Shown here: positions 1 to 10,144 of the stretch, one piece after another
How positions within the stretch are numbered: position 1 is the stretch's first letter
How the letters are laid out: each line of letters begins with the position of its first letter
DNA from: Myxococcota bacterium
Lineage (GTDB): Bacteria; Myxococcota; XYA12-FULL-58-9; JABJBS01
Assembly: GCA_036339465.1 (NCBI GenBank)
Contig: JAYZAY010000061.1
Location: forward strand, 16,489 to 80,488
Length of the DNA: 64,000 nt
Direction: 5' to 3'
Made by a program: the position numbers and the translations under genes
Notes under the pieces: generated by a model
Database searches by the model: none
Told to the model about the DNA's origin: nothing
Seen by the model: only the letters and a program-made list of their open reading frames with translations

Positions 1-1
1 A

Positions 2-1042
2 ATAGCGCGCGATACCCAGCTATTCATTCAACAGGAAACAGATACCTGCAAAACCATCGATCCCTGGGGCGGGAGCTATTACGTCGAATGCCTTACTCAC
101 GAATTGGCAGCGGCAGCGATAAAACACATTGATGAAATCGAAAACCTCGGTGGAATGGCGACAGCAATCGGTGAAGGCGTTCCCAAACTGAGGATAGAAG
201 AAGCAGCGGCGCGCACCCAAGCGAGAATAGATTCCGGTCAGCAAACCGTTGTTGGCATCAACTCCTTTATCCCAAAAGAAGAAGAGAACATTGAGGTCTT
301 AAAGGTAGAAAACGCAAAAGTTCTCGAAGCGCAATTGGGCCGGTTGACGAGACTTAAAGAAACTCGAAACAATACCGCAGTCAAGACTCGACTCAACGAA
401 TTAGCGGAAGCAGCCAGTCGACAAATGGGTAACCTTTTAGATATTGCGGTACAAAGTGCTGCCGCTGGAGCGACCGTGGGCGAAATTAGTTTCGCACTCG
501 AAAAGGTATTTGACCGCCATAAAGCCACCATCAAAACCGTCCAAGGCGTTTATCTAGAAACCTTTCAAGACCGAGACAATCACATGGACACCATTCAAGA
601 ACGAGTCAAATCGTTCGAAGCTCAAGAAGGAAGACGGCCCCGAATATTATTGGCTAAAATGGGTCAAGACGGCCATGACAGAGGCCAAAAAGTTATCGCC
701 AGCGCATTTGCAGACATGGGCTTCGACGTCGATATTGGGCCTCTTTTCCAAACCCCAGACGAAACAGCAAAACAAGCTGTCGAAAACGACGTCCACGTCG
801 TGGGGGTGTCATCCCTAGCCGCGGGTCACCTCACACTGGTGCCCGAGCTACGAGCATCACTGCAAAACTTGGGGCGCTCTAATATATTGATCGTGGTAGG
901 AGGTGTCATCCCACCTCAAGACCATGACGCCCTATATGAAGCTGGGGCAGCCGCAATTTTCGGACCAGGAACGGTCATTCCAAAGGCAGCCCTAAAATTG
1001 ATGGACCAACTCACCCAAGAGCTGGGACACGGAGCACCATAG
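2..1042 (+). CDS. scpA: Methylmalonyl-CoA mutase, large/catalytic subunit (5'-truncated by window edge)
   Basis: Frame is open from base 2 (IARDTQLFIQQET...DPWGGSYYVE). C-terminal B12-binding domain with AKMGQDGHDRG (DxHxxG) and VGVSSLAAGH. Directly followed by meaB. Confidence 0.95.
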   Translation: MARDTQLFIQQETDTCKTIDPWGGSYYVECLTHELAAAAIKHIDEIENLGGMATAIGEGVPKLRIEEAAARTQARIDSGQQTVVGINSFIPKEEENIEVLKVENAKVLEAQLGRLTRLKETRNNTAVKTRLNELAEAASRQMGNLLDIAVQSAAAGATVGEISFALEKVFDRHKATIKTVQGVYLETFQDRDNHMDTIQERVKSFEAQEGRRPRILLAKMGQDGHDRGQKVIASAFADMGFDVDIGPLFQTPDETAKQAVENDVHVVGVSSLAAGHLTLVPELRASLQNLGRSNILIVVGGVIPPQDHDALYEAGAAAIFGPGTVIPKAALKLMDQLTQELGHGAP

Positions 1043-1044
1043 AA

Positions 1045-2037
1045 ATGGCTACTCGTCCTAAAATGACCATCGACGATTTCTACAACGGTATCATTCAAGG
1101 TGAAAGAGCAATTCTAGCTCAAGCAATCACTCTTATGGAATCGAAAAAACCGTCCGACCGCCCCTTGGCAGAAGCCTTATTAGCTCGAATACTACCCCAC
1201 ACCGGTAACTCAATTCGAGTTGGCTTAAGTGGGATCCCAGGATCCGGGAAAAGCACACTTATAGAAAGTCTAGGGAATCACATCGTTAGCTCCGGGAAAA
1301 AACTGGCCGTCCTCGCTGTAGATCCATCAAGTACATTATCTGGCGGAAGTATCCTCGGTGACAAAACAAGAATGGAAACATTGAGCACTCAAAACAATGC
1401 CTTTATCCGCCCATCGCCCACCGCCGGCTCGCTCGGTGGTGTCGCCGCACGCACAAGAGAAGCAATGCTCTGCTGTGAAGCTGCCGGATATAATATCGTC
1501 ATAATAGAGACCGTGGGGGTCGGACAGTCAGAAGTTCTGGTCGCTGACATGACCGACATTTTCATCGTGCTCACAGTGGCTGGAACGGGCGATGACCTTC
1601 AAGGTATCAAGCGTGGGCTCATGGAGCTAGCAAATTTGGTATTGGTCAACAAGGCGGACGGCAACAATCAAACGAGAAGTGAACAAACCGCACGCTCTCT
1701 CAAGTCGCTCTTCCATATCATCCGACCAGGAAACGGACTCCCTGTTCCCAAAGTCATCACCTGTAGTGCTCTTCAGAATTCCGGAATTCAAACAATTTGG
1801 ACCGGCATTCAAGGATATATAGACGGCCAAAAAAGCTCGGCTCAATTCGCGAACAGTAGGAAAGAGCAACAGGTTCGTTGGTTTTGGGCCGCCCTTGAAG
1901 ACACCCTCAAAAATCGTCTCCTCCACACTCCCACCTACGCCAATTCACTCAAAGAGTTCGAAAATGGAGTCCGAAACAATACGCTTGCTCCGACGGCAGC
2001 AGCCACCAAACTCATCGACGAACTTTTTAAGCGCTGA
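1045..2037 (+). CDS. meaB: Methylmalonyl-CoA mutase-associated GTPase MeaB/ArgK
   Basis: P-loop GIPGSGKST, AVDPSS, GGSILGDKTRM, ETVGVGQSE and NKAD motifs; 2 bp downstream of the mutase. Confidence 0.95.
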   Translation: MATRPKMTIDDFYNGIIQGERAILAQAITLMESKKPSDRPLAEALLARILPHTGNSIRVGLSGIPGSGKSTLIESLGNHIVSSGKKLAVLAVDPSSTLSGGSILGDKTRMETLSTQNNAFIRPSPTAGSLGGVAARTREAMLCCEAAGYNIVIIETVGVGQSEVLVADMTDIFIVLTVAGTGDDLQGIKRGLMELANLVLVNKADGNNQTRSEQTARSLKSLFHIIRPGNGLPVPKVITCSALQNSGIQTIWTGIQGYIDGQKSSAQFANSRKEQQVRWFWAALEDTLKNRLLHTPTYANSLKEFENGVRNNTLAPTAAATKLIDELFKR

Positions 2038-2038
2038 T

Positions 2039-2785
2039 ATGTCACGGCCACCGAACATCGATCCCAGCTCATTTAAGCTAGAACTCAATATAATTGGGTT
2101 TCTCTCTCGAAGCTCATTCAAGGAAAAATTTGGGACACCGAGGCAGTCCGGCTTAGTGCAAGAAGCAACAGCAACTCTGTCTCTAAATCCTGAATTCGCC
2201 GATCCCAATTTCGTGCGTGGGCTGGATCAGTATAGCCATCTCTGGCTGATTGGCTGCTTCCATCAAAATATTAACCACGGCTGGAAACCGACTGTCAGAC
2301 CGCCACGTTTGGACGGAAACACTAGGATGGGTGTTTTCGCCACGCGTTCCAGTTTTCGACCAAACGGCTTGAGTCTCTCTGTGGTAAAACTAGAAGAGAT
2401 TTGTAAGACTGGAGGTTGCCTGGAGCTTGAAATAAGTGGCATCGACCTCATTGAAGGCACCCCAATTTACGATATCAAGCCCTATATCCCCTATGCAGAC
2501 GCTTATCCTGATGCGTTAGCCCCCTGGCTTCAAGAAAACCCCTTCGAAATCATTGAAATTGACTGGAAACCGACTGCCAAACAATCTCTCCAAACCCTAA
2601 AACCGCGCTCTGCTGAAAGGATTTCCACACTCATTAGGAAAGTTATTGCCCAAGATCCTCGTCCCGCGAGCCAACGGAGTAACCAAACCAAAAAATCCTT
2701 TGGTATTCTTCTCGAAGACCTGAACATCAGCTTTCAAGTGCAAGAACAAAGAGCAACGATTTTATCAATAGAATTAGTACGTTAA
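2039..2785 (+). CDS. trmO: tRNA (N6-threonylcarbamoyladenosine37-N6)-methyltransferase TrmO (TsaA/YaeB)
   Basis: KEKFGTPRQSGL, VRPPRL, GVFATRSSFRPNGL, GTPIYDIKPY and QDPRP motifs. ATG at 2039 chosen because it lies just after the meaB stop. Confidence 0.9.
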   Translation: MSRPPNIDPSSFKLELNIIGFLSRSSFKEKFGTPRQSGLVQEATATLSLNPEFADPNFVRGLDQYSHLWLIGCFHQNINHGWKPTVRPPRLDGNTRMGVFATRSSFRPNGLSLSVVKLEEICKTGGCLELEISGIDLIEGTPIYDIKPYIPYADAYPDALAPWLQENPFEIIEIDWKPTAKQSLQTLKPRSAERISTLIRKVIAQDPRPASQRSNQTKKSFGILLEDLNISFQVQEQRATILSIELVR

Positions 2786-2890
2786 GTATCAATATCCAGG
2801 GGACCGCCAATGCGTCCCTCGATTCATATTTGAGCTTGCGCAAAATGACGGCCTAGAGTAGATCCTAGATATTGAGCAAAAGGCCTTATC

Positions 2891-4384
2891 ATGTGTGGAA
2901 TCGTCGGAATTGCAGGCTACGGCCCTGTTAGTTTGCGTATCTATGACGCCTTGACCGTACTCCAGCACCGGGGACAAGACGCTGCAGGCATTGCCACAGC
3001 TGATGGCAGTCGGCTTATCACTCGCAAGGATAATGGACTGGTTAAGGATGTTTTTCGGTCCCGGCATATGAACGAGCTTTCAGGGACCCTTGGAATTGGG
3101 CACGTAAGGTATCCCACAGCGGGAACTTCGAGCCAAGCAGAGGCACAACCTTTCGAAGTGCGGCTCCCGGCTCCAATCGCCTTAGGCCACAATGGTAATC
3201 TAACAAATACCGCAGAACTAAGAGTAGAACTCCAAGACGAAGGAGTCTCCTTAAACACCAGCTCTGACTCAGAGATATTGTTACATATTTTCGACCGAGC
3301 ATTTCGAGCAAGCGAGCACAAAGACCAACTTGAGTGTATTTTTGATGCAGTGGGCACGGTCCACCAAAAATGCCATGGTGCTTATGCCGTCGTCGCAGTC
3401 ATCCCCAATATCGGGCTGGTAGCCTTTAGGGATCCCAACGGTATCCGCCCAATGATTTATGGAACTCGCAGGACTGACAAGGGCGAAACCGAAGTCATGG
3501 TTTCATCAGAAAGTGTGGCCTTGGACGTTTTGGATTTTGAAATCATACGCGACATCGACGCCAGTGAGGCCTTAATCGTCACCAATAATCTCGAAATAAT
3601 TACGCGCAAACTGAATCCTCAAGCGTGTGTTCACCCATGTCTTTTTGAGCTGGTTTATATGGCTCGCCCTGATTCAGTAATAGACCGGATTTCGGTCTAT
3701 AAATCGCGCCTTCGAATGGGAGACCGACTCGCGCACCAAATCCTACAGGACTGGCCAGAACATGACATCGATGTCGTTATTCCCATTCCCGATACGAGCC
3801 GAAGCTCAGCCATTCAAATGGCACACCATCTAAATGTGAAATATCGCGAAGGATTCATCAAGAATCGCTATATAGGACGAACTTTCATCATGCCTGGTCA
3901 AGAACTTCGAAAAAAGTCTGTCCGAAAAAAACTCAATCCCATTGATTTAGAGTTTCGGGATAAGAATGTGCTTCTTGTCGATGATTCAATTGTTCGGGGA
4001 ACCACCTGTCAGCAAATTATCCAAATGGCCCGTGATGCCGGTGCCAAGAAAGTCTATTTGGCCTCAGCTGCTCCTGCTGTTCGGTATCCGAATGTTTATG
4101 GCATTGATATGCCATCGGCTTCTGAACTGATCGCTCATAATAGGTCAACCGAAGAAATATGCGAGGAGCTCGGTGCAGATAGGCTTTTTTATCAAGACCT
4201 CAAGGATTTAGTCCTCTGTGCGAAAGACGGAAATCCCAAATTAGAACAATTCGAGGATTCGGTATTCTCTGGTAACTATGTCACGGGTGATGTTACAAGA
4301 TCATACTTAAACCGACTGGAGGCAGCCAGAAATGATGTCGCCAAGGCAGCAAAAAACCAACCCTACGAAACTCAACTCGCATAA
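2891..4384 (+). CDS. purF: Amidophosphoribosyltransferase
   Basis: N-terminal MCGIVG nucleophile Cys, LQHRGQDAAGI, GHVRYPTAG and the PRPP motif VLLVDDSIVRGTT. Confidence 0.97.
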   Translation: MCGIVGIAGYGPVSLRIYDALTVLQHRGQDAAGIATADGSRLITRKDNGLVKDVFRSRHMNELSGTLGIGHVRYPTAGTSSQAEAQPFEVRLPAPIALGHNGNLTNTAELRVELQDEGVSLNTSSDSEILLHIFDRAFRASEHKDQLECIFDAVGTVHQKCHGAYAVVAVIPNIGLVAFRDPNGIRPMIYGTRRTDKGETEVMVSSESVALDVLDFEIIRDIDASEALIVTNNLEIITRKLNPQACVHPCLFELVYMARPDSVIDRISVYKSRLRMGDRLAHQILQDWPEHDIDVVIPIPDTSRSSAIQMAHHLNVKYREGFIKNRYIGRTFIMPGQELRKKSVRKKLNPIDLEFRDKNVLLVDDSIVRGTTCQQIIQMARDAGAKKVYLASAAPAVRYPNVYGIDMPSASELIAHNRSTEEICEELGADRLFYQDLKDLVLCAKDGNPKLEQFEDSVFSGNYVTGDVTRSYLNRLEAARNDVAKAAKNQPYETQLA

Positions 4385-4611
4385 ACTCACCGATAAAGTA
4401 CGCCTACTGCCTGATTCAGAGAGGCTCGGTCCTCGAACACTCAACATGATTGGTCCATGACTGGAATGACAACCGGAGGCCCAGACCATGCAAGCCGTAA
4501 ATATAGCCCCGCTCTGTGACACAGAGGCGAGCCAGCAAGCCAACCATAAGCTCATCCCCAGAACCTGGGTACTGGTGTCGCACAGAAAAAATAGCTAAAC
4601 TTAAGCCAGTC

Positions 4612-4824
4612 ATGGTTAGTTTCCCGGTTGTTCAGGTTTTCGAAATAAAAGAGCTCACCGATGGTCGTTTAGGCTTTCATGGGAAGTTGCGATGTGGCTG
4701 TGAAGTTAAACGCAGGGTTGCCCAAGACAGAGCGTTCGAAATAATACCCGGCAAGTTTATGGTCGTGGGAAAATATAAATGTCCTGCCGATTGTTCCGGC
4801 GAAAAAGAGAGAGACGAAGGATGA
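4612..4824 (+). CDS. Small hypothetical Cys-containing protein (70 aa, CxC...CPxxC)
   Basis: Internal ATG of ORF 4516..4824; protein-like composition with four Cys. No clear RBS, and the C-terminus overlaps the gcvP terminator. Confidence 0.4.
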   Translation: MVSFPVVQVFEIKELTDGRLGFHGKLRCGCEVKRRVAQDRAFEIIPGKFMVVGKYKCPADCSGEKERDEG

Positions 4825-4842
4825 GCTCTTCCTTCATCTCTC
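4801..4842 (-). terminator. Rho-independent terminator of gcvP
   Basis: Minus strand reads GAGAGA-T-GAAGGA [8-nt loop] TCCTTC-G-TCTCTC followed by TCTTTTTC, directly at the gcvP stop; 13-bp stem with one U-G pair. Confidence 0.7.
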
Positions 4843-7723
4843 ATTCAACGTAATCAGACAAGGGCGGACAGCTACACACTAAGTTCCGGTCACCATAAAC
4901 ATTGTCAATTCGACCAACGGCTGGCCAAAACTTATGTTCCGTCGCCCATCCCCCCGGATACACAGCTTGTTGTCGAGAATAAGGATGATTCCACTCATCA
5001 ACTGTAAGGCAACGCGCAGTATGGGGTGCATTCTTGAGAACATTGTTCCCCACATCCACTTTTCCATCAACAACATCCTGGATCTCAGTCCGGATCGCCA
5101 AAAGTGCTTCACAGAATCTATCTAGCTCACGTTTTGATTCACTCTCAGTAGGCTCAACCATCATTGTGCCCGCAACAGGCCAGGAAATCGTCGGAGCATG
5201 GAAGCCGTAGTCCATCAATCTTTTCGCGATATCCTCAACTTCAACGCCTGCGGATTTATATTGTCGCAAATCCACAATAAATTCATGAGCAACCAAACCC
5301 TCATTTCCCGTAAACAAAATCTCATAGTCGCCTTCGAGCTTCTTCGCCATGTAGTTAGCGTTTAGAATCGCAACTTGGGAGGCTTTCTTTAGCCCGGTCC
5401 AGCCGAGCATCATGATATATGCCCAAGAAATAGGTAGAATAGCTGGGCTACCCCATGGAGCAGCGGATACCGCTCCCATGGCCTGCTCACCGCCAACTTT
5501 CTGCATGGGGTGACCCGGTAAAAACGGTCTCAGGTGTTGCGCAACGGCAATCGGTCCCATCCCGGGACCGCCTCCTCCATGGGGAATACAGAACGTTTTG
5601 TGTAAATTAAGGTGACAAACGTCTGCGCCATAATCACCTGGGCGACACAATCCAACCTGCGCATTCAAATTGGCACCATCTAGATACACTTGCCCCCCAT
5701 TCGCATGTATCGTTTCACAAATTTCGCGAATATGGGTTTCAAAGACCCCATGGGTCGATGGATATGTTATCATCGCTGCCGCGAGATTTTCAGAATGCTT
5801 CTCTGCCTTAGTCTGAAGATCCACCATGTCAATATTACCATCATCATCACACTTAACGACAACAACCTTCATCCCTGCCATCATCGCACTTGCCGGGTTC
5901 GTCCCATGGGCCGATTCCGGAATGATACAGACGTTGCGATACTCCTCCCCTCGACCACTATGATAAGCTTGAATCACCAGCATTCCCGCATACTCACCTT
6001 GCGAGCCTGCATTGGGCTGTAGCGCAACACCTGGTAATCCCGTGATCGTCGCCAACGATTCCTCAAGCTCTTCAAAAAGAAGATCATAACCTTTCGCTTG
6101 ATCCCGAGGCACACACGGGTGAAGGTTGGCAAATTCGGGCCAGGTAACCCCCAACATTTCCGTGGTCGCGTTCAACTTCATTGTGCACGAACCCAACGGA
6201 ATCATGGAATTTGCCAGCGATAAGTCCTTGCTTTGTAGTCGGTTCAGATACCGTAAAAACTCAGTCTCGGAATGATAATGGCCAAATACTTCCTGAGACA
6301 GGAAACCATCTGTACGACAAATTGACGATGATAATGGTTCCACTGTCGATTCTGGCGGACAACCTTTATCATCCCGACCAGCCATGGTCGAAAATAGATG
6401 GCTCAAACGGGTTAGTTCGCCCTCATCGGTTTTTTCATCCAATGTAATTCCGAAACTCCCCTCATCCAGCCTTCTTAAATTAAACCCGGCCTTTAAAGCA
6501 GCGGATATGACATCCGATACCTTCGTGCCTGCAATAGGCTCCACCGCCAATGTATCAAAGTATTCCACATTGCAAACCTTGAAGCCCAATCCCGCGAGAA
6601 GGCCTCTTAACCGGCCCGTATAAGACCGCACGGTATTCGCAATATTCTTTAACCGATCTGGGCCGTGATATACCGCATACATAGAAGCCATGATCGCCAA
6701 TAGTACCTGAGCAGTACAAATATTGCTGGTGGCTTTCTCTCTTCGAATATGTTGCTCGCGTGTTTGCAATGCCAAGCGCAAGGCTGGTCGACCAAATCGG
6801 TCTAAGGATTCACCCACAATACGTCCGGGTAGATTCCGTTTGAAACTATCTTTTGCAGCCATAAAGGCGGCATGAGGCCCCCCGTACCCAAGTGGGACAC
6901 CAAAACGCTGGGAGTTACCAACAGCGATATCCGCCCCCCATTTTCCTGGGGCTTCAAGGATCGTTAGCGCCAACAGATCTGTCGCAGCAATAACATAGGT
7001 CCCCTTGTCGGACGCGCCCTTGGCCAGGTCACGATAATCAAGAATCTCACCCCTCGTATCGGGATACTGGAGGACAATGGCCGTGTAATCAGCCTCTAGA
7101 TCTAGTTGACCAAGCTCACCAACCGTTAATTCGTACCCCAAAGGTTGGGCCCGGGTTTTCATCACCGCAAGTGTCTGGGGATGCAGCCTATTCGACAGAA
7201 AAAATCGGTGGGTTTTCGCGCTGCGGTTCATCCGAGTGCAAACCATCATGGCTTCGGCGGCTGCGGTGGCCTCATCAAGCATAGAACCATTCGCAATTTC
7301 GAGGCCCGTTAATTCACAAACCATGGTCTGAAAATTAAATAGCGCTTCCAAACGGCCTTGTGCAATCTCCGCTTGATAGGGAGTATACTGGGTGTACCAA
7401 CCTGGATTCTCTAAAATGTTGCGCTGAATAACCGCCGGAGTATTCGTATCATAATACCCCTGTCCCAAGAGGGAACGAACCAGTGTATTCTCTTTTGCGA
7501 TTTTCCCTAATCGCTCAATAACCGTTTGTTCTGTTTCGGGCTCCCGAAGTGAATACCCATCAGCTACCCGAATTGAATCCGGAACCACTGCCGCCGACAA
7601 TTCATCCAAAGTTTCGTAACCAATCGTATCCAACATAGATTGAATATCTTTTTGATTAGGGCCAAGATGCCGTTCTAAGAAAGGAATTCCATCAACAATC
7701 GTAGTACAACCTCGTTCCGCCAT
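4841..7723 (-). CDS. gcvP: Glycine dehydrogenase (decarboxylating), single-chain P protein
   Basis: 960 aa; [44 protein letters not shown] and the PLP-lysine motif [18 protein letters not shown]. Confidence 0.98.
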   Translation of the reverse strand: MAERGCTTIVDGIPFLERHLGPNQKDIQSMLDTIGYETLDELSAAVVPDSIRVADGYSLREPETEQTVIERLGKIAKENTLVRSLLGQGYYDTNTPAVIQRNILENPGWYTQYTPYQAEIAQGRLEALFNFQTMVCELTGLEIANGSMLDEATAAAEAMMVCTRMNRSAKTHRFFLSNRLHPQTLAVMKTRAQPLGYELTVGELGQLDLEADYTAIVLQYPDTRGEILDYRDLAKGASDKGTYVIAATDLLALTILEAPGKWGADIAVGNSQRFGVPLGYGGPHAAFMAAKDSFKRNLPGRIVGESLDRFGRPALRLALQTREQHIRREKATSNICTAQVLLAIMASMYAVYHGPDRLKNIANTVRSYTGRLRGLLAGLGFKVCNVEYFDTLAVEPIAGTKVSDVISAALKAGFNLRRLDEGSFGITLDEKTDEGELTRLSHLFSTMAGRDDKGCPPESTVEPLSSSICRTDGFLSQEVFGHYHSETEFLRYLNRLQSKDLSLANSMIPLGSCTMKLNATTEMLGVTWPEFANLHPCVPRDQAKGYDLLFEELEESLATITGLPGVALQPNAGSQGEYAGMLVIQAYHSGRGEEYRNVCIIPESAHGTNPASAMMAGMKVVVVKCDDDGNIDMVDLQTKAEKHSENLAAAMITYPSTHGVFETHIREICETIHANGGQVYLDGANLNAQVGLCRPGDYGADVCHLNLHKTFCIPHGGGGPGMGPIAVAQHLRPFLPGHPMQKVGGEQAMGAVSAAPWGSPAILPISWAYIMMLGWTGLKKASQVAILNANYMAKKLEGDYEILFTGNEGLVAHEFIVDLRQYKSAGVEVEDIAKRLMDYGFHAPTISWPVAGTMMVEPTESESKRELDRFCEALLAIRTEIQDVVDGKVDVGNNVLKNAPHTARCLTVDEWNHPYSRQQAVYPGGWATEHKFWPAVGRIDNVYGDRNLVCSCPPLSDYVE

Positions 7724-7903
7724 TAGACCGTCCTTTGATACGAGAATATAGACCCTCTGTGGGTACCTGCGTCAGAGAACCTAAAAGCCACTAACATAGG
7801 CCGTGGTCAGAATCAATCGAGCTCGGAAACCGCCACAGGCCCGTCGAGTGCTTGATGTTAATTTGGTTAAGGAGTCTTGGTTCAATCCGGGAGGGAAAAG
7901 AAA

Positions 7904-7933
7904 AAAAGATTCACACTGAAAAGATTCACGCTA
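7904..7933. repeat. Direct repeat AAAAGATTCAC x2 (15-bp period)
   Basis: AAAAGATTCACACTG followed immediately by AAAAGATTCACGCTA in the intergenic region upstream of gcvP. Confidence 0.55.
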
Positions 7934-8081
7934 AGAACAGGAAACTTGCGTGTTAGTTTTTCTCCAAACAAATTCTCTCACATAAAAGAGACCTCGTCGC
8001 TCCTACGGGTTTGGTTACCCGCACTCTCTGCTGGTTATTCGCATCTCTTTTGCCCCATGCTACTCGCGCGGATTACGCCGA

Positions 8082-8115
8082 CCGATACGTGTGGAGAGAG
8101 CTCCACGGGTATTGG
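8082..8115 (+). other. Stable RNA-like hairpin in intergenic region
   Basis: CCGATACGTGTGGAG-agag-CTCCACGGGTATTGG: 14 of 15 positions pair on the + strand, including two G-U pairs. Confidence 0.55.
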
Positions 8116-8547
8116 CTCTGAGTTAATTTCTAGACCTGCCCCGGTGTTCCTAATCAGGACGTTTATTTATCAGTATTTGGAGCACTTCGTCCCAAAAAGG
8201 TCACACGTGTGTTCAGGCCTTGGGGGGCTCGTGGCTGAGCGTCGCTGATGACAACTCAAGCGGACACATTACCTTCGATGGTCAAACCAGTCATGGTAGC
8301 GCCCATGGAACAGAACCAAGCCAGCACATGATGAACACATGGTTGATGGCGCAGGTTTCACGTTGGCCCAGGGGAGAAGCGATAAAAAATTCAGTAAGAT
8401 TAGAGCAATTCCTGAGTTGCTCAAGTTGCTGGATATTCGTCGGGCGTGGTGACTGGATGCCGTGAGATGTCAGCGCGCAATCGAAGAAAAAATGATGGAC
8501 GTGGTTGGGGCTATTTTTCGCAGGTGAAGGGTCACCAACTACAAATC

Positions 8548-10086
8548 TTAAACAATTCGGAAATGTTCACTCAGCGTACAACGTCGAGCACGCGAAAAAT
8601 CACGCGCGGTGGTAAGACCCTCACCGGTTGGACTGGCGATAGTGAAAGAGGTATAGCCTTCTCCTCCAAGCCCCAAACCAGCATAAAAAGGCGCATTCTT
8701 AATAAAAATAGAGGTATTAATCAGTCGAGCCATCATGTGAAGATGGTCTATATTTTTTGACCACATCCCTGCCGTATGACCGTTACCATGCTCACATCGA
8801 ACCGCCATCTCAATAGCCTCTCGTGCACTCGACACTCGAACCAATCCGGTCACAGGCATCAGAAGCTCCGATTGGATAAATGGGTGATTTTCAGGAACCT
8901 CGGCATAGGCAATAAGCGTTCCCTGGGGGGCCCGAATTCCAACTTTTCCGAGAATTTTTTGGATATCCTGCCCAACCCACTCCTTCACCGCGTGGCCCTC
9001 GTGAACCACCAATTTTTCAACCTTCGCTACTTCAAGAGGAGAAAGCTCGTAAGCACCGTTTCGATTTAGACTTTGCTTCAAATCATCGGCAATTGTCGCA
9101 ACTGCGATGATTTCCTTCTCAGCGGTACAAACAATATTGTTGTCCAAGGCAACACCTTTAACAATACCAGCCCCGGCCGCTTCAATATCGGCCGTCTCAT
9201 CAACAACAACGGGAGGATTTCCAGGACCACCAGCAATACACTTTTTCCCAGACACCAAAGCAGCCTTAACAACACCTGGTCCCCCAGTGACCACCAGAAG
9301 GCGAATCCCAGGATGAGTCATAAGTTGCTGTGCTGATTCAATCGTCGGTTCAGCTGTACAACACAGCAGATTGGCCGGACCACCAGCCCGAACAATAGCG
9401 TCATTGATAATCTGAACCGTGTATACACTGACCCGTTTCGCTGAAGGGTGCGCATTGAACACCACCGCATTGCCTGCGGCGATCATTCCAAGCCCATTAC
9501 AAATTATGGTCTCACTAGGATTCGTCGTGGGCGTGATTGCTCCAATAACACCGTAGGGAGCATATTCTTCAAGAGTGAGACCATCGTCACCACTTTTTGC
9601 CCAGGGCTCCAGGATTTCCGGACCGGGGGTCTTATCAATGACCAACCGGTTCTTTATTTGCTTCTGGTCAAACCGTCCCAAACCGGTCTCATCGACCGCC
9701 AGACGAGCTAACTCATCCACATGTTTTCGGCATTCGCGACGAATTTCATCCACAATCCGGTAACGGGCTCCCAAGCCAAGCCCCGAATAGCTCACAAAAG
9801 CCTCTCGAGCCGCAACGACAGCAGAATCTATATCAGAGAAAACTCCCCTACCAAGTTCTCCCCGACCATAATTTTGCCGCCGATTCGCAGAGTCCCCGGA
9901 GCGGGGACCACAACCATGGGGAGGATTTACCTGAGCGGGTGTGACCGACGATACAAGAGAACTTACCTGAGTGGGTGTGGCCGGCGATACAGAACGCCTT
10001 CCTAAGTTTCCAATACCGCCCTGATCGAGTCGTGAAACAACCCGCTCCACAATGGACGCAATCTTATCTTCAGACATGTACGGCAT
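8548..10086 (-). CDS. CoA-acylating aldehyde dehydrogenase (EutE/PduP family) with N-terminal BMC encapsulation peptide
   Basis: PYGVIGAITPTTNPSET, VVTGGPGVV, GGPGNPPVVVDETAD, catalytic DNNIVCTAEKE and FTIASPTGEG motifs. N-terminal amphipathic helix EDKIASIVERVVSRL followed by a low-complexity linker. Last gene of the BMC shell operon. Confidence 0.93.
   Translation of the reverse strand: MPYMSEDKIASIVERVVSRLDQGGIGNLGRRSVSPATPTQVSSLVSSVTPAQVNPPHGCGPRSGDSANRRQNYGRGELGRGVFSDIDSAVVAAREAFVSYSGLGLGARYRIVDEIRRECRKHVDELARLAVDETGLGRFDQKQIKNRLVIDKTPGPEILEPWAKSGDDGLTLEEYAPYGVIGAITPTTNPSETIICNGLGMIAAGNAVVFNAHPSAKRVSVYTVQIINDAIVRAGGPANLLCCTAEPTIESAQQLMTHPGIRLLVVTGGPGVVKAALVSGKKCIAGGPGNPPVVVDETADIEAAGAGIVKGVALDNNIVCTAEKEIIAVATIADDLKQSLNRNGAYELSPLEVAKVEKLVVHEGHAVKEWVGQDIQKILGKVGIRAPQGTLIAYAEVPENHPFIQSELLMPVTGLVRVSSAREAIEMAVRCEHGNGHTAGMWSKNIDHLHMMARLINTSIFIKNAPFYAGLGLGGEGYTSFTIASPTGEGLTTARDFSRARRCTLSEHFRIV
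9927..9991. repeat. Intragenic tandem duplication (29-bp copies, 36-bp period) in the aldehyde dehydrogenase linker
   Basis: ttacctgagcgggtgtgaccgacgataca (9927-9955) vs ttacctgagtgggtgtggccggcgataca (9963-9991), 3 mismatches; encodes VSPATPTQV / VSSVTPAQV. Confidence 0.8.
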
Positions 10087-10144
10087 GCCCTTAGGACTCC
10101 CTTTTAAACAACTCTAATGATCACAAAATCGAAATCAAAAGACA

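Noticed and set aside
1895..2038. Long N-terminus of trmO as given in the ORF track
   Set aside because: Overlaps meaB out of frame; ATG 2039 right after the meaB stop is the more plausible start. Similar over-extensions were trimmed for rpsE, rplN, greA, plsC, sucC and rplC.
7840..7896. tRNA-like T-arm (CTTGG-TTCAAT-CCGGG)
   Set aside because: 6-nt loop, and no acceptor stem, D-arm or anticodon arm can be built.
7724..7900. Glycine riboswitch upstream of gcvP
   Set aside because: Minus strand has CTCTGACGCAGGTACCCACAGAGGG, loosely like the aptamer 3' end, but the conserved GGAGA...CCGAAG...CTCTCAGG core is not present.
7984..8142. Cobalamin riboswitch (AGACCTGCC at about 8132-8140)
   Set aside because: The 3' motif matches, but the GGGAA, GCCCCCGC-ACTGT and CCACTG-GGAAG elements are absent or too degenerate, and no + strand gene follows.
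8240..8300. Hammerhead ribozyme core (CTGATGA)
   Set aside because: No correctly placed GAAA or flanking stems.
7877..8760. + strand ORFs 7877..8248, 8220..8465 and 8446..8760
   Set aside because: No recognisable motifs, weak starts, atypical composition; the last overlaps the aldehyde dehydrogenase antisense.
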